A stretch of DNA of 64,000 nucleotides from the NCBI GenBank assembly GCA_946616195.1, contig CAMOIP010000004.1, forward strand, positions 5,108-69,107, read 5' to 3'. Position numbers and translations under genes: made by a program. The stretch is from an uncultured Clostridia bacterium (GTDB lineage: Bacteria; Bacillota; Clostridia; Oscillospirales; Acutalibacteraceae). The stretch's first letter is position 1, and the number at the start of each line of letters is the position of its first letter. Positions 49,583 through 58,850 of the stretch are shown in pieces. The notes beneath the pieces were generated by a model. That model was not told the DNA's origin and did no database searches. It saw only the letters and a list, made by a program, of their open reading frames with translations.

Positions 49583-51408
49583 TAGAAAAAATGAACTTGA
49601 CTTATGTTGTTTCGGTAGAGTCTAAAAAAGACGAAATGCTTATGGCTTTGCGTGATTTAGGCGTTCTGCATATAAGCGAACGAAATAATGCCGACGATAA
49701 AATAACTGCGAGATTTGCTCTTCTTCAAAAACTTTCTTTGGAACTTAACGATTATGCTCCAAAAGAGAAAACAGAGGAAAAACCGCTTGATGACGAAGCA
49801 TTTGAGGTGCTTTTTAAGGAAACAAAAAAGGCTCTCGACAGAAAGGCGGTTTTAGAGGAATCAAGGTCGGCAAAATTGCTTGAAATCGAAAAATTAAGAC
49901 CTTGGGGCGACTTTTCGCCGACTAAGGTCAGAAATCTTGTTTCAAACGGTCTTGATTTCCATTTTTACCGCATAGATAAAAAAGAGTTAAAAAAATTAAA
50001 TTCTGACGAGAATATCAAGTATATAAAACTTGCGTCTGTCGATAAAATGGATACGGTTGCGGTTTTAGGTACGCTCGGAAACGATATTCAGGCTACCGAG
50101 TTTGTCCTGCCCGAAAAGGGTATAGGCGAACTTGAACAAGAGGTTAAACTTTGCGAAGAAGAAATTGCTTATATTGAAAAATCTCTTGAAAAGTCTGCCG
50201 CTTGTTTGGAAAGTTATAAAACGGCATTGCTTAAAACTCAGAATGATGCAGAGTATTCTTCGGTAAGCAATACGGCAACAAGCGAGGACGGGCTTGTTTG
50301 GATTAAAGGTTATATCCCCGTAGATGAAACGGAAAAATTTGTCGCTTGTGCCAAAGAAAACGGTTGGGCATATACTTTTGATACGGTGGAAGTTGATGAC
50401 GGTCAAGTTCCTACAAAGGTCAAGTATAATAAACTTACAAGCCTTATGAAACCTGTTTTCGATATTTTGGGAACTATTCCAGGTTACGGCGAATATGATA
50501 TATCTTTCTGGTTCCTTGCTTTCTTTACCTTGTTTTTCGCTATGATTATCGGCGATGCCGGTTACGGTCTACTGTTCCTTATCGGCTCTCTGATAGCGGT
50601 AATCAAAATGAAAAAGTTTAATAACGCAACCCTGCTTTTGACCGTTTTATCGGTTGCAACTGTTGCATGGGGTGCGGTTACAGGAACTTGGTTCGGTCTT
50701 GAAAGTGCTATGAAAGTTCCTTTCCTTAAAGCACTTGTAATACCGAGTTTTGCCAATTATCCCGAATACTTCGGTATGGAAACGACCTCGGTGCAAAACA
50801 GTGTTATGAAATTCTGTTTCAGCATCGGCGTTATCCAGTTATCCCTTGCCTGTATTATGAGTATACGGCGAAAAATATCGAAGAAAGATTTAAGTTTACT
50901 TGCTGACCTTGGTTGGTTACTTTCTATTTGTGCTCTGTATTTTATGGTGCTCTTCCTTGTAATCAATCAACCGACCAATGTTAAAGCGGTTGCTATTGTA
51001 GTCGGTATCGGTTTCCTGCTTGTTGTACTCTTTGGCGGTATGTCGCCGGATAAAACTTTTACGCAAGGGCTTAAAGCAGGACTCGGAGATATATTTACAG
51101 TCTTTCTTAATACAATTAGTGCTTTCGGTAATGTAATGAGTTATATAAGGCTCTTTGCCGTCGGTATGGCATCTCTTGCGATTGCTCAAAGTTTCAACGA
51201 TATGTCGTCGGGCTTTAGCGGAGCACTTGTAATTGTAGGAATAGTGATAGCCGTTATAGGTCATGTAATGAATATAGTTATGGGATTTTTATCCGTTGTA
51301 GTTCATGGCGTAAGACTTAATCTTTTGGAATTTTCCGGTCAACTTGGAATGGAATGGTCGGGAAAAGCATACGAACCTTTCAGTGAATTAAAAACTTTAA
51401 AGAAATAA
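49579..51408 (+). CDS. ntpI: V-type ATPase subunit I (a-type stator/ion channel)
   Basis: It is 609 aa, with a soluble N-terminal half and a polytopic C-terminal half carrying the conserved Arg helix (MSYIRLFAVGMAS). Confidence 0.85.
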   Translation: MIEKMNLTYVVSVESKKDEMLMALRDLGVLHISERNNADDKITARFALLQKLSLELNDYAPKEKTEEKPLDDEAFEVLFKETKKALDRKAVLEESRSAKLLEIEKLRPWGDFSPTKVRNLVSNGLDFHFYRIDKKELKKLNSDENIKYIKLASVDKMDTVAVLGTLGNDIQATEFVLPEKGIGELEQEVKLCEEEIAYIEKSLEKSAACLESYKTALLKTQNDAEYSSVSNTATSEDGLVWIKGYIPVDETEKFVACAKENGWAYTFDTVEVDDGQVPTKVKYNKLTSLMKPVFDILGTIPGYGEYDISFWFLAFFTLFFAMIIGDAGYGLLFLIGSLIAVIKMKKFNNATLLLTVLSVATVAWGAVTGTWFGLESAMKVPFLKALVIPSFANYPEYFGMETTSVQNSVMKFCFSIGVIQLSLACIMSIRRKISKKDLSLLADLGWLLSICALYFMVLFLVINQPTNVKAVAIVVGIGFLLVVLFGGMSPDKTFTQGLKAGLGDIFTVFLNTISAFGNVMSYIRLFAVGMASLAIAQSFNDMSSGFSGALVIVGIVIAVIGHVMNIVMGFLSVVVHGVRLNLLEFSGQLGMEWSGKAYEPFSELKTLKK

Positions 51409-51428
51409 ACATAAAAGGAGAAATAATT

Positions 51429-51863
51429 ATGAATATTCAAACAATCGGTATGGCTTGTGCCTTGGGTCTTTCGGCTATCGGTTCCGCTTTCGGAGCAGGA
51501 TATGCGGCTATGGCATCTGTGGGAGCATGGAAAAAGTGTTATGCAAACGGAAAACCGGCACCGTTTATTATGGTTGCTTTCTCGGGAGCACCGCTTACGC
51601 AGACTATTTACGGTTTCCTGCTTATGAACTTTATCCGTTCCGCTTTTGAATCCGGGGCAAGTGCAATGCTTTGTATGGCAGTTGGTATTTTTGCAGGTCT
51701 CGCAATAGGTCTTTCAGCATTCTTCCAGGGTAAGGTTGCGGGTGCCGCTGCTGATGCTTTGGGCGAAACGGGAAAAGGTACCGCTAACTATTTTATTGTA
51801 ATCGGTATCGTTGAAACCGTTGCACTCTTTACACTCGTATTCAGTTTGTTGTTGTTGCAATAA
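51429..51863 (+). CDS. ntpK: V-type ATPase proteolipid subunit K with Na+-site motif
   Basis: The 144-aa protein has 4 TM segments. PLTQTIYGF, FFQGKVAGAAA and IVETVALF match the T-Q / Q / E Na+ site pattern. Confidence 0.85.
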   Translation: MNIQTIGMACALGLSAIGSAFGAGYAAMASVGAWKKCYANGKPAPFIMVAFSGAPLTQTIYGFLLMNFIRSAFESGASAMLCMAVGIFAGLAIGLSAFFQGKVAGAAADALGETGKGTANYFIVIGIVETVALFTLVFSLLLLQ

Positions 51864-51889
51864 TCTCCGAAAATTTTAAAAAGTTAATG

Positions 51890-51925
51890 AAAACTCCCGC
51901 TAAGGATTTCCTTAGCGGGAGTTTT
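51890..51925. terminator. Bidirectional terminator
   Basis: The stem is AAACTCCCGCTAAGG-atttc-CCTTAGCGGGAGTTT. Confidence 0.7.
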
Positions 51926-51946
51926 GTGTAATGACACATAAGGTTT

Positions 51947-53512
51947 TTAATCTATTAAATCATGTTTATTATATCGGTTAGTTTTTAAATACAGAATAAC
52001 GGCGGTTGCAATCAATAAAATTATTACCGTAATCAGTATTATAATGCCGATGGGTTTGTTTCTTTTTGCAGAATTTTTAGTTGTTTCAGGTTTTTCATCC
52101 GTGGACTTGTCTGCTTTGGCGGTGGCAGACGGAGATGCTTTTTCACTTAGTTTTGCTACGGCGTATGAACTGAAGTGAGTAAGTGTTACCGAAACGGTAG
52201 AGCCGTCTTCCGAAACGGTTGACTCGAGTTTTTCGGCATCAGATTCATCTTTTATGTAGAATACGGCAACATTTTTTCCGTAACCGTCGGGAATTTTAAA
52301 TGTAACCGTTACAGGCTTATCGGGCTCTATATTTACATTGTTAAGTACCGCAGATATGTCATAAGCGATAAATTCTTCCGACTTATCGCCAAGAGCCGTT
52401 TTTACGGTTTCGTAAAAACTATTGTCATTCTTTATTACCTCTATTTTTATCTCTGTGCCTTGCTTGAATGCACCGTATTCGGGCGATAGAACAACATCTG
52501 TTGCTTCGTCCTTGAAAAAGCATGGTAGTTCCGACTGTGCTTTCTCTCCGCACCTTTTGCAGATACCTTCCTCGATGCCTTTCTCGGTTAGAGTTGGTTT
52601 TTTGATTATTACAGGTGATTTGAAATCGTGTCCGAGCGGATTTATTTCGCCTTTTTCGACAGTATCGCATTTAGAGCATTTTCGCTCTTTTTCTCCTTTG
52701 TCGGTGCAGGTTGCGGCTTTGGTTTCGGTCCATTTTCCGAATTTATGACCCGATGCCGCTACTTCACGGGTTTCTGTATTTCGGCAAGTAGAACAGGTGC
52801 GACTTTCAGAGCCTTTATCTGTACAGGTGGGAGCCTTTGTTTGTGTCCAAGCACTGTAAGTATGATTATTAGTCTTGGCTACAACTTCGGTTTTTGTTGC
52901 ATTACAGGCTGTGCAGGTAAACCGCTTTTCGCCGGTTTCCTTACAGGTTGCGGTTTTTATTGTCTCGCCACCGTTCCAGGTATGAGCGTTAGTTTCAACG
53001 GTTCCGCAAACGGAACAAGTCCTGCTGTGATTGGCACTGTTTATATTTGTGTAACCGCCGAAAGTATGTGAGGCACAATTTATTTTTACTGATTTTGAAG
53101 CTGTATAATTTAGTATTCCGGCAGCATCTTTTTTTGCGATTACATTAACGCTTACATTTTGCATATTTGCCGATGCTGTTTTAGCCCTTAAAACTAATTT
53201 GAATAAATTGCCGTTAATATCGGGAGAAGAAAGACCGCCTAAAGAGCCTTTGTTTTTTGCTTTATCGAATGTGTTTATTGCACCCGATTTAAGCCACGAA
53301 CCCGATACAAGTTCAAATCCGTCGCCAAATGCTACCGAAACGGCAACAGAACTTGCTTCTGTGCAACCGTTTACGGTTACGGTAAATTCTATATTACTGC
53401 CAACAGACACAGAGGTGTTGCCGTTAAGTTCTGCAATTCCTTCCGCATCTGCCGTTATACAAACCGCAAATACGAATATAACACTTATAAGTAAAGATAC
53501 GATTTTTTTCAT
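51947..53512 (-). CDS. Membrane-anchored surface protein: cohesin-like domain, five Cys/His-rich repeats, Ig-like region, C-terminal TM anchor
   Basis: It has a signal peptide. The N-terminal beta-sandwich is VSVGSNIEFTVTVNG..VAVSVAFGDGFELVSG. Five units of about 38 aa follow the pattern H-x-[FWY]..ATC..G....C..C. A C-terminal hydrophobic anchor is present. Confidence 0.6.
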   Translation of the reverse strand: MKKIVSLLISVIFVFAVCITADAEGIAELNGNTSVSVGSNIEFTVTVNGCTEASSVAVSVAFGDGFELVSGSWLKSGAINTFDKAKNKGSLGGLSSPDINGNLFKLVLRAKTASANMQNVSVNVIAKKDAAGILNYTASKSVKINCASHTFGGYTNINSANHSRTCSVCGTVETNAHTWNGGETIKTATCKETGEKRFTCTACNATKTEVVAKTNNHTYSAWTQTKAPTCTDKGSESRTCSTCRNTETREVAASGHKFGKWTETKAATCTDKGEKERKCSKCDTVEKGEINPLGHDFKSPVIIKKPTLTEKGIEEGICKRCGEKAQSELPCFFKDEATDVVLSPEYGAFKQGTEIKIEVIKNDNSFYETVKTALGDKSEEFIAYDISAVLNNVNIEPDKPVTVTFKIPDGYGKNVAVFYIKDESDAEKLESTVSEDGSTVSVTLTHFSSYAVAKLSEKASPSATAKADKSTDEKPETTKNSAKRNKPIGIIILITVIILLIATAVILYLKTNRYNKHDLID

Positions 53513-53524
53513 TTCGTTTTCTCC

Positions 53525-55213
53525 TTAATATTCGATAGGATAATCTTCAGGGAAGAAAGTATACATCAAGAGGTGCACTGCGTCAGCATCGGTTACATTG
53601 CCGTCATTATTAAAATCGCAAGGCTGATTTACCGGGTAGTCTTCGGGGAAGAATGTATACATCAAGAGGTGCACTGCATCTGCATCTGTTACCTCACCGT
53701 TTCCGTTTACATCTCCCGTAATGTATCTCTTGCTTCCGCAAGCGGTACAAATGTCATTTTCGTCAAATGTGTGGGGTGTTTGCGTCTTGCGGGAAGTTCC
53801 GCAGATATTGCACACTTCATCGCAATCGGAACTATATGTATGGGGAATAGAGGTTTCTCTGATTTCTCCGCAAATGTTGCAAATTTCATCGCAGTCCGCA
53901 TTGTAGGTGTGGGTAACAGTCCTTTTTTCTCCGCATACATTGCACTCACTATCGCATACAAAATCGTATTTATGACTGTTAATATCGCAAACATATAGCA
54001 TATTAGCAGTACCGGGAAGTGAGTTTCCTATTTTTATTTTTTCCCAATCGGTTTTTGTTCCGTAAAATCGGATTTCTTTAAGAGCGTTACAGCCTGTAAA
54101 GGCATTTTCGCCGATTTCATTAACAGTTTTCGGAATGCTTATTACGGTAAGTGTACTGCAATTATAAAAAGAGTAATTTCCTATTTTGGTAACACCTTCC
54201 GTAATTTCTACGGTTTCCGGAAAATTTTTCCACGGCGGTATAAGAGAGGTGCTGTAATCTCCCATAGCACCAATGCCGGAAACGGTCAGTTTCGTAGTAT
54301 CAAGCAACCAACTGCATTGACCGGTACTTCCTTTTGCCATATTAGTTACATAACCGTTTTCGATAAAGTATGTTTTTTGATTTATTGTAACAGGTTCGCT
54401 GTAATTCCAATCAACCGCACCGTTTACAACATAGTACCACTCGTTAGAAAATTCGCATATTTGTTTGCCGGAACCTGAAAAAGGACCTATGTAATCAAGG
54501 TTTACCGTTTGCAAAAGTGCCTTTACCGTGGCAAGGGCAAGGGTTTTATACTCTGCATCGAATATTCTGTTATCTTCAGAATTTGTGCCGAAACCGTATT
54601 CTATTATACAACTCGGCATATTGCTAAGGCGGTTAATATAATAGTCTTCCCATATAGGAGCACTTGCAGAACCGTAATGGACACCGCGAAAAGGTATTGC
54701 CGTGGCACCTGAAAGATGGTTACGCAGGTTATTTACAAGTTGTTCGTCAATGGCATGTTTATCGGAATGCTCCGCAGGGGCATAATCTTTTCCCGGTTGT
54801 GCTACTCTCTGATAATGCGAAGGCTCATGGGTGTAAATACTTATACCCCTTACAGAAGCAGAGGAAGAGGCGTCCCTATGTAGAGAAATCAGAAAATCGG
54901 CGTTATAATCGTTGGCTTCAATGGGACGGTTGTGCGTAACATGATTGCGGTTTATAAGCACGGTGCGTTGACCCTGCTCGTTTAAGAGCCTTATAACTTC
55001 ATTTGCAATTAGTCCCGTGTCTTCACATTCATATCTGCCGTCAATTCGGCTGCTGCCGGGGTCGAAGTGGACAGAGCGGTCTCCGCCGTGTCCGGCGTCG
55101 ATTGCAAAGAGATACGAAGGTCTTTTTTTCGCATCTTCGGCATAAAAACGACCCGACGGAAATATCATAAGCAAGAGTGTAAAACATAATAAAAAAGATA
55201 TAGTTTTTTTCAA
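53525..55213 (-). CDS. N-acetylmuramoyl-L-alanine amidase with LRR region, Cys-rich repeats and C-terminal dockerin
   Basis: It has a signal peptide and an Amidase_3-like FAIDAGHGGD..SLHRDA. BspA-type LRR (IGNYSFYNCSTLTVISIPKTVNEIGENAFTGCNALKEI) follows. There are four H-x-Y..CD..CN.CG units. Duplicated dockerin segments read D(V/F)N(G/N)(N/D)G(E/N)VTDADAVHLLMYTFFPEDYP. Confidence 0.8.
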   Translation of the reverse strand: MKKTISFLLCFTLLLMIFPSGRFYAEDAKKRPSYLFAIDAGHGGDRSVHFDPGSSRIDGRYECEDTGLIANEVIRLLNEQGQRTVLINRNHVTHNRPIEANDYNADFLISLHRDASSSASVRGISIYTHEPSHYQRVAQPGKDYAPAEHSDKHAIDEQLVNNLRNHLSGATAIPFRGVHYGSASAPIWEDYYINRLSNMPSCIIEYGFGTNSEDNRIFDAEYKTLALATVKALLQTVNLDYIGPFSGSGKQICEFSNEWYYVVNGAVDWNYSEPVTINQKTYFIENGYVTNMAKGSTGQCSWLLDTTKLTVSGIGAMGDYSTSLIPPWKNFPETVEITEGVTKIGNYSFYNCSTLTVISIPKTVNEIGENAFTGCNALKEIRFYGTKTDWEKIKIGNSLPGTANMLYVCDINSHKYDFVCDSECNVCGEKRTVTHTYNADCDEICNICGEIRETSIPHTYSSDCDEVCNICGTSRKTQTPHTFDENDICTACGSKRYITGDVNGNGEVTDADAVHLLMYTFFPEDYPVNQPCDFNNDGNVTDADAVHLLMYTFFPEDYPIEY

Positions 55214-55337
55214 AAGAAAATCTCCTTAACACTGTTTGAAATTACTTAAATTATATCATAGTGTACCCTTGTTTTCAATAGCAATTACTTACATATATAG
55301 TAAAAAGTGTTGAAGTTAATATTTGTTAAAATAACTC

Positions 55338-55366
55338 TTGACAAAATAATGCTTAATATTTATAAT
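55338..55366 (+). promoter_or_regulatory. Sigma-A promoter of yceD-rpmF
   Basis: It reads TTGACA-17 nt-TATAAT. Confidence 0.55.
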
Positions 55367-55404
55367 TATAGTCGTGCCACTTTGTTTGTAAGAAAGGTGC
55401 AGTT

Positions 55405-55902
55405 ATGATTTTAGACCTTAAAAGTGTATTTGCCAATGTAGGTAAAGAGGTTTCTATCGACTATGCTTTTGATATGAGTGATACCGATTTCTCGGGTGGA
55501 TATCCGCTCAAAACTCCCGTATCGGTAAAGGGCAGGGTTTTTAACCGTGCCGGTGTTGTAGAAATCGAACTTGATATGAATTATGACTTTTTTGCCCCTT
55601 GCGATAGATGTGGTGTGGATACTGTAAAGAATTACAGTGTCAAACTTGCTAAGATGCTGGCGACTTCCATTGAGGGAGAAGATAGCGATACTATTATTAC
55701 GGTGCCCGATATGATGCTCGATGTGGACGAACTCGTATTTACCGAAGTTTTCTTAAGTCTTCCGACCAAGCACCTTTGTAAAGAGACATGCAAAGGATAC
55801 TGTTTTGAGTGCGGAAAGAACTTAAATGAGGGCGAATGTAATTGTAAGAGCGAAAGTATCGACCCTCGCCTTGCAAAACTTGCAGAACTAATTGATAACT
55901 GA
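55405..55902 (+). CDS. yceD: YceD/DUF177 family ribosome-maturation protein
   Basis: The 165-aa protein has CDRCG..C..C..C Cys motifs and lies immediately upstream of rpmF. Confidence 0.85.
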   Translation: MILDLKSVFANVGKEVSIDYAFDMSDTDFSGGYPLKTPVSVKGRVFNRAGVVEIELDMNYDFFAPCDRCGVDTVKNYSVKLAKMLATSIEGEDSDTIITVPDMMLDVDELVFTEVFLSLPTKHLCKETCKGYCFECGKNLNEGECNCKSESIDPRLAKLAELIDN

Positions 55903-55932
55903 TTTTCAGATAAACTTTAGGAGGAACAAAAA

Positions 55933-56115
55933 ATGGCAGTACCTAAGAGGAAAACTTCAAAAGCAAGAAGAGATAAGAGAAGAAACAACCTTTGGAAACT
56001 TGAAACTCCAACTCTCGTTAGATGTCCTGAATGCGGGGCTTACAAGCGTCCTCATAGAATTTGCACAACTTGCGGTAAGTACAACGGCCGTCAGGTAATA
56101 AATGTTGCAGATTGA
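55933..56115 (+). CDS. rpmF: 50S ribosomal protein L32
   Basis: It reads MAVPKRKTSKARRDKRR..CPECG..HRICTTCG. Confidence 0.95.
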   Translation: MAVPKRKTSKARRDKRRNNLWKLETPTLVRCPECGAYKRPHRICTTCGKYNGRQVINVAD

Positions 56116-56207
56116 TTATTTATGAAATTTCAGAGGGGGAGGCATTTTGTCTTCCTCTTAATTTTTTATAGTGATTTTTGTAGTCATTATAAGGCGGTGA
56201 AAGAGCA

Positions 56208-57509
56208 ATGGCGGTTATTATTGAAAGTGTAGATAAAAAAAGTCCGGCGTATAGAGCAAGAATAAAGGCAGGTTATACCCTTTTATCTATAAACGGCGAA
56301 GAAATAGCCGATGTGCTCGATTACCGTTTTTATCAAAACGATACAAAACTCTTATTAGAATATATTACGGATAAGGGAAAAATCAAACGCAAAAAGATAA
56401 AAAAGGGCGAATTTGACGAATTAGGTCTTAACTTTGAAACATATCTTATGGATAAAAAGCAAAGGTGCTATAATAAATGTATTTTTTGCTTTATCGACCA
56501 ACTCCCCGGCGGTTTGAGGGAGAGCCTTTATTTTAAGGACGATGATTCAAGGCTTTCTTTCCTTTTCGGGAACTACATAACGCTTACCAACTTGTCCGAA
56601 AGGGAAGTCGAGCGAATTATTAAGATGCATATAAGCCCGATAAATATTTCGGTTCACACAACAAATCCCGAACTTCGGGTTAAAATGATGGGTAATAAAA
56701 ATGCCGGAAAGGTCCTTGATATTATCCCAAGGCTTAATGAAGCAGGAATAAAAATGAACTGCCAACTTGTTTTGTGCCCCGGGTATAATGACGGTAAGGA
56801 ACTCGAAAGAAGCCTTAATGACCTGCTTAATTTTGAGAATGTTGAGTGTATAGCGGCGGTGCCGGTAGGTCTTTCAAAGCATCGTGAAAATCTTACGAAA
56901 TTAGAACCGTTTAATAAAGATACAGCGGCTAAAACGATTGATATAATAGATAAGTTCGGAGATATGTCTGTCGGGAAATACGGCGAAAGAAGAGCCTATG
57001 CTGCGGACGAGTTTTACCTGATAAGCGGTAGGGAAATTCCCGAATACGAATTTTACGGCGATTTTTTGCAACTTGAAAACGGCGTCGGTATGTGGGCAAT
57101 GGTAAAAAGTCAGGCTGCGGAGGCTTTAAACGATTTGGAAAAAACAAAGGTCGATAACAGAAATATAACCGTTATAACCGGAGTGGCTTCCTATCCTCTT
57201 ATAGAGCAAATAGCAAAAAAATGTGAAGAAAAGGTCAGCGGACTTAAAGTTTCGGTCAGAAAAATAATCAATAACTTTTTCGGCGAGATGATAACGGTTG
57301 CAGGTCTTATTACGGCAACCGATATATATGAGCAGTTAAAAGATGTCGATTTAGGCGACGAAATGCTTATTCCGTCTTCAATGTTAAATAGCGAGGGCAC
57401 TATGTTCCTTGACAGTATAACGGTTGACGAATTATCGGAAAAACTTAATGTAAAAATCGTTGCTACAGAATGCGACGGATACTCGATTATAAAAAGTATT
57501 ATCGGATGA
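56208..57509 (+). CDS. DUF512 radical-SAM-like protein with N-terminal PDZ-like domain
   Basis: It has the CYNKCIFCF cluster motif, 433 aa, and lies directly upstream of der as in many Clostridia. Confidence 0.78.
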   Translation: MAVIIESVDKKSPAYRARIKAGYTLLSINGEEIADVLDYRFYQNDTKLLLEYITDKGKIKRKKIKKGEFDELGLNFETYLMDKKQRCYNKCIFCFIDQLPGGLRESLYFKDDDSRLSFLFGNYITLTNLSEREVERIIKMHISPINISVHTTNPELRVKMMGNKNAGKVLDIIPRLNEAGIKMNCQLVLCPGYNDGKELERSLNDLLNFENVECIAAVPVGLSKHRENLTKLEPFNKDTAAKTIDIIDKFGDMSVGKYGERRAYAADEFYLISGREIPEYEFYGDFLQLENGVGMWAMVKSQAAEALNDLEKTKVDNRNITVITGVASYPLIEQIAKKCEEKVSGLKVSVRKIINNFFGEMITVAGLITATDIYEQLKDVDLGDEMLIPSSMLNSEGTMFLDSITVDELSEKLNVKIVATECDGYSIIKSIIG

Positions 57510-57524
57510 AAGGATATATGATTT

Positions 57525-58850
57525 ATGGCAAAACCTGTTGTTGCTATTGTCGGAAGACCGAATGTCGGCAAATCAACGCTTTTTAATAAATTGATAGGGC
57601 AAAGGCTTTCTATTGTTGACGATACGCCCGGAGTTACAAGGGACCGTATTTACGGCGATGCCGAGTGGCAGGGACATAAAATTATGCTTGTGGATACAGG
57701 CGGTATCGAGCCTAAAACCGATGATATTATTCTGTCAGGTATGAGAATGCAGGCAAATCTTGCTATTGATACGGCACTTGTTATTATTTTTGTCGTAGAT
57801 ATGCAAACCGGCGTTACCGCAACCGATATGGAGATTTCTTCAATGCTTCAAAAAAGCGGGAAACCGATAATTCTTTGCGTTAATAAATGCGATAATATCG
57901 GCGATATACCGCCTGATTTTTATGAATTTTATAATTTGGGGCTCGGCGACCCGTTTGCCGTTTCTTCGGTTCATGGGCACGGAACCGGCGATTTGCTTGA
58001 CGAAGTATTTAAAAATCTGCCGGAAGGTGCATTTGACGAAGAGGATGACGACGACACCGTAAAGGTCGCAGTTATCGGCAAGCCGAATGCAGGTAAGTCC
58101 TCTCTTGTTAATAAGATTACCGGCGAAGAAAGAACCATTGTATCGGATATTGCCGGTACTACAAGAGACGCTATTGATACTCCTGTTGAAAACAAATTCG
58201 GAAAGTTTAACTTTATTGATACTGCCGGTCTTCGCCGTCAGAGTAAAATTGAAGATAAAATTGAGAAATACAGTGTTTTAAGGGCAAAAATGGCTATTGA
58301 ACGGGCGGATGTTTGTGTTATTATGATAGACGGCACAGACGGTTTTACCGAGCAGGATTCAAAGGTTGCAGGACTTGCTCTTGAACAGGGCAAAGGCTGT
58401 ATCATAGCGGTTAATAAATGGGATATTGTTGAAAAAGATGGTCAAACTATGGATAATTACCGAAAAAGACTTATGAACGATTTTTCGTTTATGTCATTTG
58501 CTCCGATTATCTTTATTTCGGCTAAAACAGGTCAGCGACTTGATAGATTGTTTGAACTTATAAAATATGTTCATACTCAAAATACTATGCGTATTTCAAC
58601 CGGCAAGTTAAACGATATTTTAGCCGATGCAACCGCTCGTGTTCAACCGCCTACGGATAAGGGCAAGCGACTTAAAATTTACTATATGACCCAAGCCTCT
58701 ACAAGCCCCCCGACATTCGTGGCTTTTTGTAACAGAGCAGATTTGTTCCATTTTTCATACCAGAGGTATTTAGAAAATCAAATCCGTTCAACATTCGGTC
58801 TTGAGGGAACACCTGTAAGATTTGTTATAAGAGAAAGAGGCGAGAAATGA
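57525..58850 (+). CDS. der: Ribosome-associated GTPase Der (EngA)
   Basis: It has two G domains (GRPNVGKST, GKPNAGKSS) and a C-terminal KH-like domain. Confidence 0.95.
   Translation: MAKPVVAIVGRPNVGKSTLFNKLIGQRLSIVDDTPGVTRDRIYGDAEWQGHKIMLVDTGGIEPKTDDIILSGMRMQANLAIDTALVIIFVVDMQTGVTATDMEISSMLQKSGKPIILCVNKCDNIGDIPPDFYEFYNLGLGDPFAVSSVHGHGTGDLLDEVFKNLPEGAFDEEDDDDTVKVAVIGKPNAGKSSLVNKITGEERTIVSDIAGTTRDAIDTPVENKFGKFNFIDTAGLRRQSKIEDKIEKYSVLRAKMAIERADVCVIMIDGTDGFTEQDSKVAGLALEQGKGCIIAVNKWDIVEKDGQTMDNYRKRLMNDFSFMSFAPIIFISAKTGQRLDRLFELIKYVHTQNTMRISTGKLNDILADATARVQPPTDKGKRLKIYYMTQASTSPPTFVAFCNRADLFHFSYQRYLENQIRSTFGLEGTPVRFVIRERGEK

Noticed and set aside
44768-51863. Calling the V-ATPase operon a recent horizontally acquired island.
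   Set aside because: No flanking mobility genes, tRNA or direct repeats were seen. Base composition and codon usage look the same as neighbouring genes by eye. Only the gene order is unusual, and that is reported as a finding.
53525-53700. A ~80-bp direct DNA repeat (GTATACATCAAGAGGTGCACTGC.TC.GCATC.GTTAC..).
   Set aside because: It encodes the two duplicated dockerin segments of the amidase protein. It is an intragenic coding repeat, not a mobile element or CRISPR-like array.
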